A stretch of 64,000 nt of DNA from Burkholderiales bacterium. GTDB lineage: Bacteria; Pseudomonadota; Gammaproteobacteria; Burkholderiales; Usitatibacteraceae. The notes under the pieces were generated by a model that saw nothing but the letters and a program-made list of their open reading frames with translations, was not told where the DNA came from and searched no databases. The translations under genes were made by a program, and so were the position numbers. The stretch spans positions 946 to 64,945 of the forward strand of contig JAHCLE010000002.1 of NCBI GenBank assembly GCA_026125445.1, read 5' to 3'. Each line of letters opens with the position of its first letter. The stretch's first letter is position 1. Below, in pieces: positions 26,761-36,423 of the stretch.

Positions 26761-29700
26761 ATGACCTCCGATCCCGCGCCCCCGCCGCCCCGCCTCGCCC
26801 GCACGCTGCCGCCGCTTCGCGAGGCCATCGCCGCCGCCTACCGCCTGCCCGAGGCCGAGGCGCTGGCGCCGCTCACCCCGGCCGCCACCTTCGACGAGGC
26901 CGCGCTCGAGCGCATCCGCGCCCGCGCCGGCTCTCTCGTGGCGCGCGTTCGCGCCGAGCGTGCCGGTTCCTCCGGCGTGGACGCGCTCATGAGCGAGTTC
27001 GACCTCTCCTCCGAGGAGGGCGTGGCGCTCATGTGCCTGGCAGAGGCGCTCCTTCGCATCCCGGACGCTGAAACCGCCGACCGCCTCATCCGCGACAAGC
27101 TCTCGCGCGGCGACTGGCGAGCGCACGTGGGCGCGAGCGACTCCCTCTTCGTGAACGCCGCCTGCTGGGGCCTCGTGGTCTCCGGCACCCTCGCGCGCGC
27201 GGAGTCGAGCCCGAAGGGGCTGGACGGCGCCCTCACCGCGCTCCTCGCGCGCGCCGGCGAGCCGGTGATCCGCGCGGCCACCAAGGCGGCCATGGGCTAC
27301 CTCGGCTCGCAGTTCGTGCTGGGCGAGACGATCGACGAGGCCCTGGAGCGCGCCCGGCGCAAGGAAGCGCGCGGCTACCGCTACTCCTTCGACATGCTGG
27401 GCGAGGCCTCGATGACGAGGGAGGACGCCGCGCGCTACCAGACGATCTACCTCGCCGCCATCGACGCGGTGGGGCGCTCCTCGGCCGGGCGCGGCATCTA
27501 CGCCGGCCCCGGCGTCTCGGTGAAGCTCTCGGCGCTGCACCCGCGCTATTCGCGCGCCAAGCACGGGCGCGTGATGGCCGAGCTCCTGCCCCGCCTGGTG
27601 GAACTCGCCACCCGCGCCAAGGCCCGGGGCATCGGCCTCACCATCGACGCCGAAGAGGCCGACCGCCTCGACATCTCGCTCGACCTCTTCGAGGCGCTGG
27701 CCCGCGATCCGGCGCTCGCCGGATGGGACGGGCTCGGGTTCGTGATCCAGGCGGTGCAGAAGCGCGCGCCCCTGGTGACGGACTGGGTGCTCGACCTCGC
27801 GAAGGCGAGCGGCCGGCGCATCATGGTCCGCCTCGTGAAGGGCGCCTACTGGGATTCGGAGGTGAAGCGCGCGCAGGTGGCCGGCCACGCGGACTACCCG
27901 GTGTTCACGAGGAAGAGCCACACCGACGTCGCCTACCTCGCCTGCGCGAGGAAGCTGCTGGCCGAGCCCTCCCTCGTCTACGCGCAGTTCGCCACCCACA
28001 ACGCCTCCACCCTGTGCCAGGTGGCGGAGATCGCGGGGACCAACCGCGACTTCGAGTTCCAGTGCCTGCACGGCATGGGCGAGACGCTCTACGACCAGGT
28101 CGTGGGCTCGCCCGACTTCGGCCTGCCCTGCCGCATCTACGCGCCCGTGGGCACGCACGAGACGCTGCTCGCCTACCTCGTGCGCCGGCTCCTGGAGAAC
28201 GGCGCCAATTCGTCCTTCGTGAACCAGATCGTCGACCCGGAGGTGCCGCTGGAGAAGCTCCTCGAGGATCCGGTCGCCACGGCACGGCCCTTCGGCGCCA
28301 CGCCACACCCGCGCGTGCCGGTCCCGCCGGCGATCTACCCCGACCGGCGCAATTCCCGCGGCATCGATTTCGCCGACGAGCTCGCGCTCGCCCGCCTCGA
28401 GGCCGCGCTTTCGCAGGCGGCGGCGAGGCAGTGGACGGCGGCGCCGATGGTGGCCGGCGAGAGCGTGGTCGTCGATGCCGCCCGCGCCGTGGCCGTGCGA
28501 AGCCCCGCGGACACCCGCGTGGTGGTCGGCCGAGTGGTCGAGGCCACGGCCGGCGAAGTCGATCGCGCGCTCGCGCGCGCCCGCGACGCCCGGGCCTGGC
28601 GCTCGACGCCGGTCGCCGAGCGTGCACGCCTGCTGGAGCGCGCCGCCGATCTTCTCGAGGATCGCGAGCCGGGCCTGCTGCACCTCGCGGTGCACGAGGC
28701 CGGCAAGACGCTTCCCAACGCCGTGGGCGAGGTGCGCGAGGCGGTGGACTTCTGCCGCTACTACGCGCGGCGCATCCGCGACGAGGACCCGGGAACGCCC
28801 CTCGGGGTGGTGGCCTGCGTGAGCCCGTGGAACTTCCCGCTCGCCATCTTCCTGGGCCAGGTGGCCGCCGCGCTCGCCGCCGGCAACGCGGTGGTGGCCA
28901 AGCCCGCCGAGCAGACTCCGCTCATCGCGGCGGAGGCGGTGCGGCTGCTTCACGAAGCCGGGTTTCCGCCCGATGCGATCCAGCTCCTGCCGGGCACGGG
29001 AGAGAGCGTGGGCGCGAGCCTCGTGGCCGACGCGCGCGTGGACGGCGTGGTCTTCACGGGCTCCACCGAGGTGGCCGAGATCATCCACCGCACGCTCGCG
29101 CGGCGCGGCAACGTGCCGCTGGTGGCCGAGACGGGCGGGCAGAACGCGATGGTGGTCGACTCCTCCGCCCTGCCGGAGCAGGTCGTGTCGGACGCGATCT
29201 CGAGCGCCTTCGACAGCGCGGGGCAACGCTGCTCGGCGCTTCGCGTGCTGTGCCTGCAGGAGGAGATCGCCGACCGGGTGCTGCCGATGCTCGCCGGCGC
29301 CATGGCGGAGCTCGCCGTCGGCGACCCCGCGGATCTCGCCACCGACGTGGGACCCATCATCGACGCGGCGGCGCGCGCCGGGCTCGAGGCGCACGTCGCG
29401 CGGCTGGAGAAAAACGCGAAGCTCGTCGCGCGGGCTCCTGCACCGGCAGCGACGCACGGGCACTTCATGGCGCCCGTCGCCTTCGAGATCGGCTCCCTCG
29501 GCGAGCTGGGGCGCGAGGTGTTCGGCCCCGTGCTGCACGTGGTGCGCTTCAGGGGCGGCGAGCTCGCGCGCGTGGTCGGGGAGTTGAACGCCACGGGCTA
29601 CGGCCTCACCTTCGGCATCCACAGCCGGCTGGACTCCACGATCGACTTCCTCTCGGGACGCATCCGCGCCGGCAACGTCTACGTGAACCGCAACATCGTG

Positions 29701-30486
29701 GGCGCGGTCGTGGGCGTGCAGCCCTTCGGTGGCGAAGGCCTGTCGGGCACGGGGCCCAAGGCCGGCGGGCCGCGCTACCTGCGGGCGCTCGTGCGCGCCT
29801 CCGCGGCCGCGTCGGTTGCCGGCGAGCCGCCGCTGCCGCACGGCGCGGTCGAGGCCCATGCCGACTGCGCGGTCGCCGAGGCCGAGGTCCACAAGGCGGC
29901 GACGCACGGCATCGACCGGCGCGAAGTCCTCGCCACGATCGCCTGGCAGGCGGGGAGCGATTTCGCCTCCCATGCCGAGGTGCTCGTTCATGCGATCCCG
30001 GACGGAGCCGAGCGCGAGCTGCCCGGTCCCACGGGCGAACGCAACACCTGGCGCGCGCATCCGCGCGGGCTGACCGTGGCCCTCGGCGACGCATCCGATC
30101 GCGCCTCCCCGTGGCTGCTGCAGGCGATGGCCGCGGTGGCGGCCGGCAACCCGGTCCTGCTCGTCACCGCCGGAGATCCCACGCATGCGGCGCAAGTGGC
30201 CGCCTGGGTGCGCGGCGCGGGATGGCCGGCCATCGCGGCGGTGAAGGCGACGACGCCGCAATGGGCGGGGATCGCTTCGCTCGCCGCGGTGATGGCCGCC
30301 GACCCCGCGCAGGCCGCCGATGCGGCACGCGCCGTGGCCTCCCGCGCCGGAACCCGCATCCCCGTGATCGAGCCCGAAGGCTCGCCCGCGCGCTACCCCG
30401 TGTGGCGCCTGGAGTGCGAGCGCACCGTCTCCGTCAACACCGTCGCCGCCGGCGGCAACGCCCACCTCCTCGCCCAGATGGATTGA
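26761..30486 (+). CDS. putA: bifunctional proline dehydrogenase / 1-pyrroline-5-carboxylate dehydrogenase
   Basis: About 1240 aa. PRODH barrel ('VRLVKGAYWDSE'), ALDH domain ('ETGGQNAMVVD', 'GQRCSALR') and a C-terminal domain. Start is ATG 26761 or 26743. No N-terminal RHH domain is evident. Confidence 0.95.
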   Translation: MTSDPAPPPPRLARTLPPLREAIAAAYRLPEAEALAPLTPAATFDEAALERIRARAGSLVARVRAERAGSSGVDALMSEFDLSSEEGVALMCLAEALLRIPDAETADRLIRDKLSRGDWRAHVGASDSLFVNAACWGLVVSGTLARAESSPKGLDGALTALLARAGEPVIRAATKAAMGYLGSQFVLGETIDEALERARRKEARGYRYSFDMLGEASMTREDAARYQTIYLAAIDAVGRSSAGRGIYAGPGVSVKLSALHPRYSRAKHGRVMAELLPRLVELATRAKARGIGLTIDAEEADRLDISLDLFEALARDPALAGWDGLGFVIQAVQKRAPLVTDWVLDLAKASGRRIMVRLVKGAYWDSEVKRAQVAGHADYPVFTRKSHTDVAYLACARKLLAEPSLVYAQFATHNASTLCQVAEIAGTNRDFEFQCLHGMGETLYDQVVGSPDFGLPCRIYAPVGTHETLLAYLVRRLLENGANSSFVNQIVDPEVPLEKLLEDPVATARPFGATPHPRVPVPPAIYPDRRNSRGIDFADELALARLEAALSQAAARQWTAAPMVAGESVVVDAARAVAVRSPADTRVVVGRVVEATAGEVDRALARARDARAWRSTPVAERARLLERAADLLEDREPGLLHLAVHEAGKTLPNAVGEVREAVDFCRYYARRIRDEDPGTPLGVVACVSPWNFPLAIFLGQVAAALAAGNAVVAKPAEQTPLIAAEAVRLLHEAGFPPDAIQLLPGTGESVGASLVADARVDGVVFTGSTEVAEIIHRTLARRGNVPLVAETGGQNAMVVDSSALPEQVVSDAISSAFDSAGQRCSALRVLCLQEEIADRVLPMLAGAMAELAVGDPADLATDVGPIIDAAARAGLEAHVARLEKNAKLVARAPAPAATHGHFMAPVAFEIGSLGELGREVFGPVLHVVRFRGGELARVVGELNATGYGLTFGIHSRLDSTIDFLSGRIRAGNVYVNRNIVGAVVGVQPFGGEGLSGTGPKAGGPRYLRALVRASAAASVAGEPPLPHGAVEAHADCAVAEAEVHKAATHGIDRREVLATIAWQAGSDFASHAEVLVHAIPDGAERELPGPTGERNTWRAHPRGLTVALGDASDRASPWLLQAMAAVAAGNPVLLVTAGDPTHAAQVAAWVRGAGWPAIAAVKATTPQWAGIASLAAVMAADPAQAADAARAVASRAGTRIPVIEPEGSPARYPVWRLECERTVSVNTVAAGGNAHLLAQMD

Positions 30487-30487
30487 A

Positions 30488-30522
30488 GGGGACGGGTCCA
30501 TTCCGGACCCGTCCCCTTTTTT
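30488..30522 (+). terminator. Rho-independent terminator after putA
   Basis: 12-bp stem GGGGACGGGTCC / GGACCCGTCCCC, 5-nt loop, then TTTTTT. Confidence 0.8.
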
Positions 30523-32588
30523 CAGGCGGGCTGGGGCTCGGGGACGAGGCCGCGCTTGGCGAGCATCGGGGTGACGGAGGGGTCGCGGCCGCGGAAGGCG
30601 CGGTAGGCCTCCGACGGGTCGCGCGAGCCGCCCGCGGAATAGACGTAGCGCAGCAGCCTCTCGGCGACGGCGGGGTCGAAGCAGCTGCCCGCCTCCTTGA
30701 ACGCCCCGTAGCCGTCGGCGTCCAGCACCTCGGCCCACATGTAGACGTAGTAGCCCGCCGCGTAGCCCGAGCTCGCGAAGAGGTGGCCGAAGTGCGGCAG
30801 GCGGTGGCGCATGACGATCTCGCGCGGCATGCCGATGCGCGCCAGTTCCGCCGACTCGAACGCGTCGATGTCCACCCCCGCCGGGTCGGTGCTGGCGTGC
30901 AGCGCCATGTCCACCAGCGCGCAGGAGGTGTACTCCACCGCCTCGAACCCCTGGTTGAAGCGCCGCGCCCGCGCGAGCTTCTCCATCGCCTCGGCCGGCA
31001 GCGCCTCGCCCGTGAGGTGGTGGCGCGCGTGGCGGGCGAGCACCTCCGGCTCGAAGGCCCAGTGCTCGAAGATCTGCGAGGGCAGCTCCACGAAGTCGCG
31101 CAGCACCTGCGTGCCCGAGAGCCGCTCGAAGGTCACCTGCGAGAGCAGCCCGTGCAGCCCGTGGCCGAACTCGTGGAAGAGCGTGCGCACGTCGTCGGTG
31201 GAGAGCAGCGTCGGCTCGCCCGCGGGCGCCTTGGCGAAGTTGTTGTTGTTGACGATGATGGGCAGCGTGTCCCCGCCCACCTTCGACTGCCAGCGGTAGG
31301 CGCTCATCCAGGCCCCGCCGCGCTTGGTGGGGCGCGCGAAGTTGTCGCTGAGGAACAGGCCCACGGGCTTGCCGTCGCGCCCGCGCACCTCGAAGGCGCG
31401 CACGTCGGGGTGGTACGCGCGCACGTCGGGGCGCTCGACGAAGGCGATGCCGAAGAGGCGCTGCGCCGTGTCGAAGGCCGCCGCCAGCATGCGGTCGAGC
31501 GAGAAATAGGGCTTGAGCTGCGCGTCGTCGAAGCCGTAGCGCGCCGAGCGGACCTTCTCGGCGTAGTGGCGCCAGTCCCAGGGCTCGATGGCGTGCGACT
31601 GCCCCAGCGAGCGGGCCATCTCGGCGAGAGCCCGGCATTCCTCGGCGGCCTTGGCCTTCGCGGGCTCCCAAACCTGGCGCAGGAGATCGGCGACGGCCGC
31701 CGGCCTTCCCGCCATGCGGTCCACCAGCGCGTAGTCGGCGTAGTTGGCGTAGCCGTGCAGGCGGGCCTGCTCGTTTCGCAACGCGAGGATCTCGCGCGCG
31801 ACGGGCCGGTTGTCGCGCTCCCCGGGATTGCCGCCGCGCCGCACCCAGGCCTTGAAGGCCTTCTCGCGCAGGTCGCGCCGGCTGGAGAAGGTGAGAAAGG
31901 GAACGATGAGCGAGCGCGAGAGGGTCACCACGCCCGCGTGCGGCAGTCCCGCCGCCTGCGCCGCCTCGCGGAGCGCCGAGCGCAGCCACGCCGGCAATCC
32001 CTCGAGGTCGCGCTCGTCCTCGAGCGGCAGGCGATACTCGGCCTCGTCGGCGAGCACGTTCTGGCTGAAGCGCGTGGTGAGCTCGGCCAGCCGCTCGGCG
32101 ATCTGCGCGTGCCGCTGGCGGGCCTCGCCCGAGAGCCGTGCCCCCTCGAGGACGAAGTCGAGGTGCACGCGCTCCAGCAGCCGCCGCTCCTCGGGCGCGA
32201 GCCCCAGCTCGCCGCGGCGCGCGTGCAGCGCGTCGATGCGGCGGAAGAGGCCCTCGTGCAGGTTCACCGCGCTCTCGTGCGCCGCGAGCTTCGGCGCCAT
32301 CTCGCGCTCCACCGCCTGCAACGCGGGGGAAGTCTCCGACTTGGTGAGGTTCCCGAAGACGGCGGCCACGCGCGCCAGGTCGCGCCCGCTCGCGTCGAAG
32401 GCCGCCACCGTGTTGGTGAAGGTGGGAGAAGCCGGTTGCGCCGCGATGGCGTCGACTTCCGCGAGGTGGCGGCGCATCGCCTCCTCCAGCGCGGGCGCGA
32501 AGTGCTCGGGGCGCAGGCGGTCGAAGGGCGGAAGGCCGAAGGGCGTGTCCCAGCGCTGCAGCAGGGGATTGGATGCGATGTCGTTCAT
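30522..32588 (-). CDS. dcp: M3 family peptidyl-dipeptidase
   Basis: 688 aa. 'HEFGHGLH' zinc motif with overall Dcp/oligopeptidase A architecture. Confidence 0.9.
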   Translation of the reverse strand: MNDIASNPLLQRWDTPFGLPPFDRLRPEHFAPALEEAMRRHLAEVDAIAAQPASPTFTNTVAAFDASGRDLARVAAVFGNLTKSETSPALQAVEREMAPKLAAHESAVNLHEGLFRRIDALHARRGELGLAPEERRLLERVHLDFVLEGARLSGEARQRHAQIAERLAELTTRFSQNVLADEAEYRLPLEDERDLEGLPAWLRSALREAAQAAGLPHAGVVTLSRSLIVPFLTFSSRRDLREKAFKAWVRRGGNPGERDNRPVAREILALRNEQARLHGYANYADYALVDRMAGRPAAVADLLRQVWEPAKAKAAEECRALAEMARSLGQSHAIEPWDWRHYAEKVRSARYGFDDAQLKPYFSLDRMLAAAFDTAQRLFGIAFVERPDVRAYHPDVRAFEVRGRDGKPVGLFLSDNFARPTKRGGAWMSAYRWQSKVGGDTLPIIVNNNNFAKAPAGEPTLLSTDDVRTLFHEFGHGLHGLLSQVTFERLSGTQVLRDFVELPSQIFEHWAFEPEVLARHARHHLTGEALPAEAMEKLARARRFNQGFEAVEYTSCALVDMALHASTDPAGVDIDAFESAELARIGMPREIVMRHRLPHFGHLFASSGYAAGYYVYMWAEVLDADGYGAFKEAGSCFDPAVAERLLRYVYSAGGSRDPSEAYRAFRGRDPSVTPMLAKRGLVPEPQPA

Positions 32589-32624
32589 GCCGTCGTCCTC
32601 GTGGGTGGCGGTTCGGAGTGCCGC

Positions 32625-33248
32625 TCAGCGCGGCGCGCGGGTGGCGCGCACCGTGCCGGGCGAGGCGGCGGGATCGGCCTCGAGGGCTTCCCGCCAGGCC
32701 CGTTGCGGAAGATAACCTCGCAGGCGCTCGAGCACCAGCGCGGCCATCTCGTCGGTGACCTCGTGGCCCGTGAACGGCAGCACGTCGGCCGTGACGTCGG
32801 CGCCCAGGTCGAGCAGGCGCTGCGCGGCGGCGATGGTGCCCGCGTACGGGGTGACGGGGTCTTCCTTGCCGTGGAAAAGGTGGATCGTGATGTCGGGCGA
32901 GGCCCGCGTCGGCAGCGTCTCGAAGCCGCCCGCGAGCGCGACCACGCGACCCGCGGCCGCCCGCTCCTCCCGGGTGGCCTCGAGGGCCATCGCCGCACCG
33001 CGCGCGAACCCGACCAACGCCGTCGCCGCCACCGCCACCCCGGCCAGCGCCTGCCAGTGGGCGATGGCCGCCAGGAAGTCGGCCATGGCCGCCGGCGCCG
33101 GCTGCACCACCACGAATCCTTCCGGGAAAGCCGCCGCGAGCCGCCGGCCCAGCGGGGCCAGCGCCGCCGCGTCGGCATCGTTGCCGTGGAAGAGGACGAA
33201 GAGCTGGCGCGCCGCCGCCGGCCGCTGCACGACGATGGAGGCGATCAC
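32625..33248 (-). CDS. YpfH-like phospholipase/carboxylesterase-fold protein lacking the nucleophile serine
   Basis: 207 aa. GTG at 33248 overlaps the upstream stop (GTGA). Colinear with my recollection of E. coli YpfH, but GFSQG is GFARG and about 25 aa are deleted. The Asp ('HGKEDPV') and His ('TGHEV') are retained. Confidence 0.6.
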   Translation of the reverse strand: MIASIVVQRPAAARQLFVLFHGNDADAAALAPLGRRLAAAFPEGFVVVQPAPAAMADFLAAIAHWQALAGVAVAATALVGFARGAAMALEATREERAAAGRVVALAGGFETLPTRASPDITIHLFHGKEDPVTPYAGTIAAAQRLLDLGADVTADVLPFTGHEVTDEMAALVLERLRGYLPQRAWREALEADPAASPGTVRATRAPR

Positions 33249-34030
33249 CGCGACAGGCGCTCCACGAGGCGCGCGTGCAGCACCGGGTCGCCGCAGGCAA
33301 TGACGGCACCGCCGTGCTGGGCGCTCTCGCCGTCCCAGGTGCTCATGCGCCCGCCCGCCCCGTCGACGATGGGGATGATCGCCTGCGTGTCGTAGGGCTT
33401 GAGTCCCGCCTCGATCACCACGTCCACGAAGCCCGAGGCCACCATGCAGTAGGCGTAGCAGTCGCCGCCGAAGCGCACGAGCTGCGCCTCGGCCGCCACC
33501 GCGTCGAAGGCCGCGCGCAGCTCCGGGGTGTCGAAGAGGTAGGGGCTCGTGCACATCACGCGCGCCTGCGCGAGTCCGTTGCAGCCGCGCGTGCGGATGG
33601 GCTCGCCGTTTCGCCAGGCGCCCGTGGCGATGCCCTCGTAGCGCTCGCCGGTGAAGGGCTGGTTCATGACGCCCAGGATGGGGCCGGTGCCGTCGTTCAG
33701 CGCGATGAGCGTCCCCCACAGGGGGATCCCGGTGATGAAGGCGCGCGTGCCGTCGATGGGATCGAGCACCCAGGTGTACCGGGAGCTGCCGGCGACGGTT
33801 CCGTCCTCCTCGCCCAGGATGCCGTGTTCCGGGAAGTGCTCGCGGATGAGCGCGCGCATGGCGCGCTCCGCGGCGCGGTCCGCCTCGGTCACGGGATCGT
33901 AGCGGCCCGTGCCCTTGTCCTCCACGGCGAGCGGCGCGCGGAAATACGGCTCGATCGCGCGCGCGGCGGCGTCGGCCAATACCCCTGCGAATCGTCGGAA
34001 TTCCTCGAGCTGCGGGTCGGGCGCGGGCAT
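33245..34030 (-). CDS. inositol monophosphatase family protein (HisN-like histidinol-phosphatase candidate)
   Basis: 261 aa. 'DPVTEADR', 'WVLDPIDGTRAF' and 'GGDCYAY' IMPase motifs. Confidence 0.85.
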   Translation of the reverse strand: MPAPDPQLEEFRRFAGVLADAAARAIEPYFRAPLAVEDKGTGRYDPVTEADRAAERAMRALIREHFPEHGILGEEDGTVAGSSRYTWVLDPIDGTRAFITGIPLWGTLIALNDGTGPILGVMNQPFTGERYEGIATGAWRNGEPIRTRGCNGLAQARVMCTSPYLFDTPELRAAFDAVAAEAQLVRFGGDCYAYCMVASGFVDVVIEAGLKPYDTQAIIPIVDGAGGRMSTWDGESAQHGGAVIACGDPVLHARLVERLSR

Positions 34031-34097
34031 CGCCGGATTATACGGGCGCCCGGCGGGCAGGAATCGCGCTACCCGCCCGCGGGGAAGAAGCCGCCCC

Positions 34098-35810
34098 TCA
34101 CCGCACGAGCGTCTCGCCCGGCTTCACGCGGGTGAAGCGCACGGGCTCGCGGGCGAGCTCGAGGCGGCCGTCGCGGCTTCGCACGACGGTGTAGTCGGAG
34201 CCCTCGCGCGACCCCGGCGCGGGGAAGTCCTCGCGGAAGTGCGCGCCGCGCGAGTCCTCGCGCGCGAGCGCCGCCGTGGCGATGACGCGGCTCACGGCGA
34301 CGAGGTTCGAGAGGTTCATCCAGTCGTGCCAGGCGAGGTTGAAGGCGCGGTCGCCGCCGTCCACGCCGCAGGCCGCGAGCTCGCCCTGCAGCGCTTCCAG
34401 CCGCCCGATCCCGCGCCTCAATCCCTCGGCGGTGCGCAGGATCCCCACGTCGTCCCACATGCAGGCGAGGAGCGCCTCGCGGATCGCCTCGAGGTCGCCG
34501 GGGCGCTTCGCGAAGGGCGCCTCGTGGGCCGCGATGGCCGCGTCGATGGCCTCCTGGTCGGGCTCGCGCACCGGCCGTCCGCCCGCGAGCCGGCTCGCCA
34601 TCGTCTCGCCCGCGATGCCGCCGAACACCGTGGAGTTGGCCACGCCGTTGCCGCCCAGGCGGTTGGCGCCGTGCACGCCGCCGGTGTCCTCGCCCGCGGC
34701 GTAGAGGCCCTCGAGCTCCGTGGTGCAGTCGGGCCGGAAGACGACGCCGCCCATGAGGTAGTGCGCGGTGGGCACGACCTCCACGAGGCCGCCGGCGAGG
34801 TCGAAGCCGCAGTCGGCGCAGCGCTCGACCATGCCCTTGAACTGGCGCCGCACGCTCTCCGGGCCCAGGTGGTGCATCTGCAGGTAGACGCCGCCGTGGG
34901 GCGTGGTGCGCCCCTCGCGCATCTCGCGGAAGATGGACCGCGAGACCACGTCGCGCGTGGCACGCTCGCCGCGCGCGTCGTACTTCTGCATGAAGCGGTT
35001 GCGCTCGCCGTCGAGCAGCCAGCCGCCGGCGCCGCGCAGCCCTTCCTCCAGCACCGTGCCCGTCATGCGCGTGTGCGGCCCGGCGAGCAGCCCCGTGGGG
35101 TGGAACTGCACCATCTCCATGTCGCGCAGGGGCAGCCCCGCGCGCAGCGCCATGGCGAGGCCGTCGCAGGTCTTGTCGCCCGACGGCGTGTGGAAGCGGT
35201 ACATCGTGGGCCCGCCGCCCGTGGCGAGCAGCACCGCGGAAGCGCGCACGAGGACGTACTCGCCGCTTCGCATGTCGATCATCAGCACGCCCGCGAGGGC
35301 GTCGCCCCCGCGCGTGCGCACCAGCTCGATGGCGCGGTGCTCCTCGAGGCGGTGGATGCCGCGCGCCCACACCTGCTCCGCGAGCCGGTTGATGATCTCG
35401 ATCCCCGTGAGGTCGCCCTTGTGCACGGTGCGGTCGAAGGTCTGGCCGGCGAAGGCCTTCTGGTGCACCGTGCCGTCGGGGTTGCGGTCGAAGAAGCAGC
35501 CCAGCTCGTTCTCCAGCTCGTGGATGCGCTCGACCGCCCCGGTGACGAGCGTCCAGGCGAGCTCCTGGTCCGGAAGCCACTGCCCGCCCTCGATCGTGTC
35601 CATGAAGTGGCGCTCGACGGAGTCCCCCTCGGCAAGCGCCACGTTGTACCCGCCCTGCACCATGCGCGTGCAGCCGCACTTTCCCAGCAGTCCCTTCACC
35701 GCGACCGTGATCACGAGGCCCGGGTCGGCCTGGTGCGCGTGCAGGGCCGCGAAGAGCCCGGCGCCGCCGGAGCCCAGGACGAGGATGTCGGTGCGGACCT
35801 GCCGGATCAT
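34098..35810 (-). CDS. succinate dehydrogenase/fumarate reductase-type flavoprotein subunit
   Basis: 570 aa from the ATG at 35810. 'ILVLGSGGAG' FAD fold, with 'FHPTG', 'GLRGAGG', 'HYLMGG' and 'SRGAHFR' active-site motifs. Cys occupies the position of the covalent-FAD His. Confidence 0.9.
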   Translation of the reverse strand: MIRQVRTDILVLGSGGAGLFAALHAHQADPGLVITVAVKGLLGKCGCTRMVQGGYNVALAEGDSVERHFMDTIEGGQWLPDQELAWTLVTGAVERIHELENELGCFFDRNPDGTVHQKAFAGQTFDRTVHKGDLTGIEIINRLAEQVWARGIHRLEEHRAIELVRTRGGDALAGVLMIDMRSGEYVLVRASAVLLATGGGPTMYRFHTPSGDKTCDGLAMALRAGLPLRDMEMVQFHPTGLLAGPHTRMTGTVLEEGLRGAGGWLLDGERNRFMQKYDARGERATRDVVSRSIFREMREGRTTPHGGVYLQMHHLGPESVRRQFKGMVERCADCGFDLAGGLVEVVPTAHYLMGGVVFRPDCTTELEGLYAAGEDTGGVHGANRLGGNGVANSTVFGGIAGETMASRLAGGRPVREPDQEAIDAAIAAHEAPFAKRPGDLEAIREALLACMWDDVGILRTAEGLRRGIGRLEALQGELAACGVDGGDRAFNLAWHDWMNLSNLVAVSRVIATAALAREDSRGAHFREDFPAPGSREGSDYTVVRSRDGRLELAREPVRFTRVKPGETLVR

Positions 35811-36421
35811 CGCGGCGCCGCCCCCAGGGAGGCGAGGACCTCGTCGCGCCTCGCCTGCGCCCGGGCGGCGACGTCGCGGAAGAGGTCGCCGCCGTGCGCG
35901 TCCATGCCCACCAGCAGGGGGCCGAAGCCGCGCACGCGGAACTTCCACAGCGACTCGGGGTTGACGTCGTCCAGGTCCACGTCCTCGATGGCCTCGATCC
36001 AGGTCGTCTCCAGCGCCGCGGCGCCGCCGACGATGGCGAGGTAGGCCCCGCCCAGGTCGGCGAAGGCCTTGTGCGACTGCTCCTGCAGGCCGCCCTTGCC
36101 GATCACGAAGCGCACGCCGCAGCGCTCCATGAGCGGGCGGGTGAAGCGCTCCATGCGCGCCGAGGTCGTGGTGCCCACGCAGACGGGCTCGTAGCCGGCG
36201 GGGAAGCGCGCGCAGCGCTCCACGCGGCGCACGTTGGGCGCGGTGTGGATGACCGCGTGCCCGGCCAGGTCGAAGCGCGTGCTGCGGCCGCGGTCGAACA
36301 TCTCGATCTGCGTGCGGTCGCGGATGCCGTAGAGGGTGCCGTGGAGCGTCACCGTGTCGCCCACCCGCAGCGCGCGCGCCTGCGCCTCGGTGACCGGCAT
36401 CGTGAAGTCGTGGTGCGCCAT
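35807..36421 (-). CDS. Fe-S type hydro-lyase beta subunit (class I fumarate hydratase / L-tartrate dehydratase beta type)
   Basis: 204 aa. 'GTLYGIRDRT', 'VGTTTSARME' and 'IGKGG' are typical of the FumA C-terminal / TtdB family. Confidence 0.85.
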   Translation of the reverse strand: MAHHDFTMPVTEAQARALRVGDTVTLHGTLYGIRDRTQIEMFDRGRSTRFDLAGHAVIHTAPNVRRVERCARFPAGYEPVCVGTTTSARMERFTRPLMERCGVRFVIGKGGLQEQSHKAFADLGGAYLAIVGGAAALETTWIEAIEDVDLDDVNPESLWKFRVRGFGPLLVGMDAHGGDLFRDVAARAQARRDEVLASLGAAPR

Positions 36422-36423
36422 GC

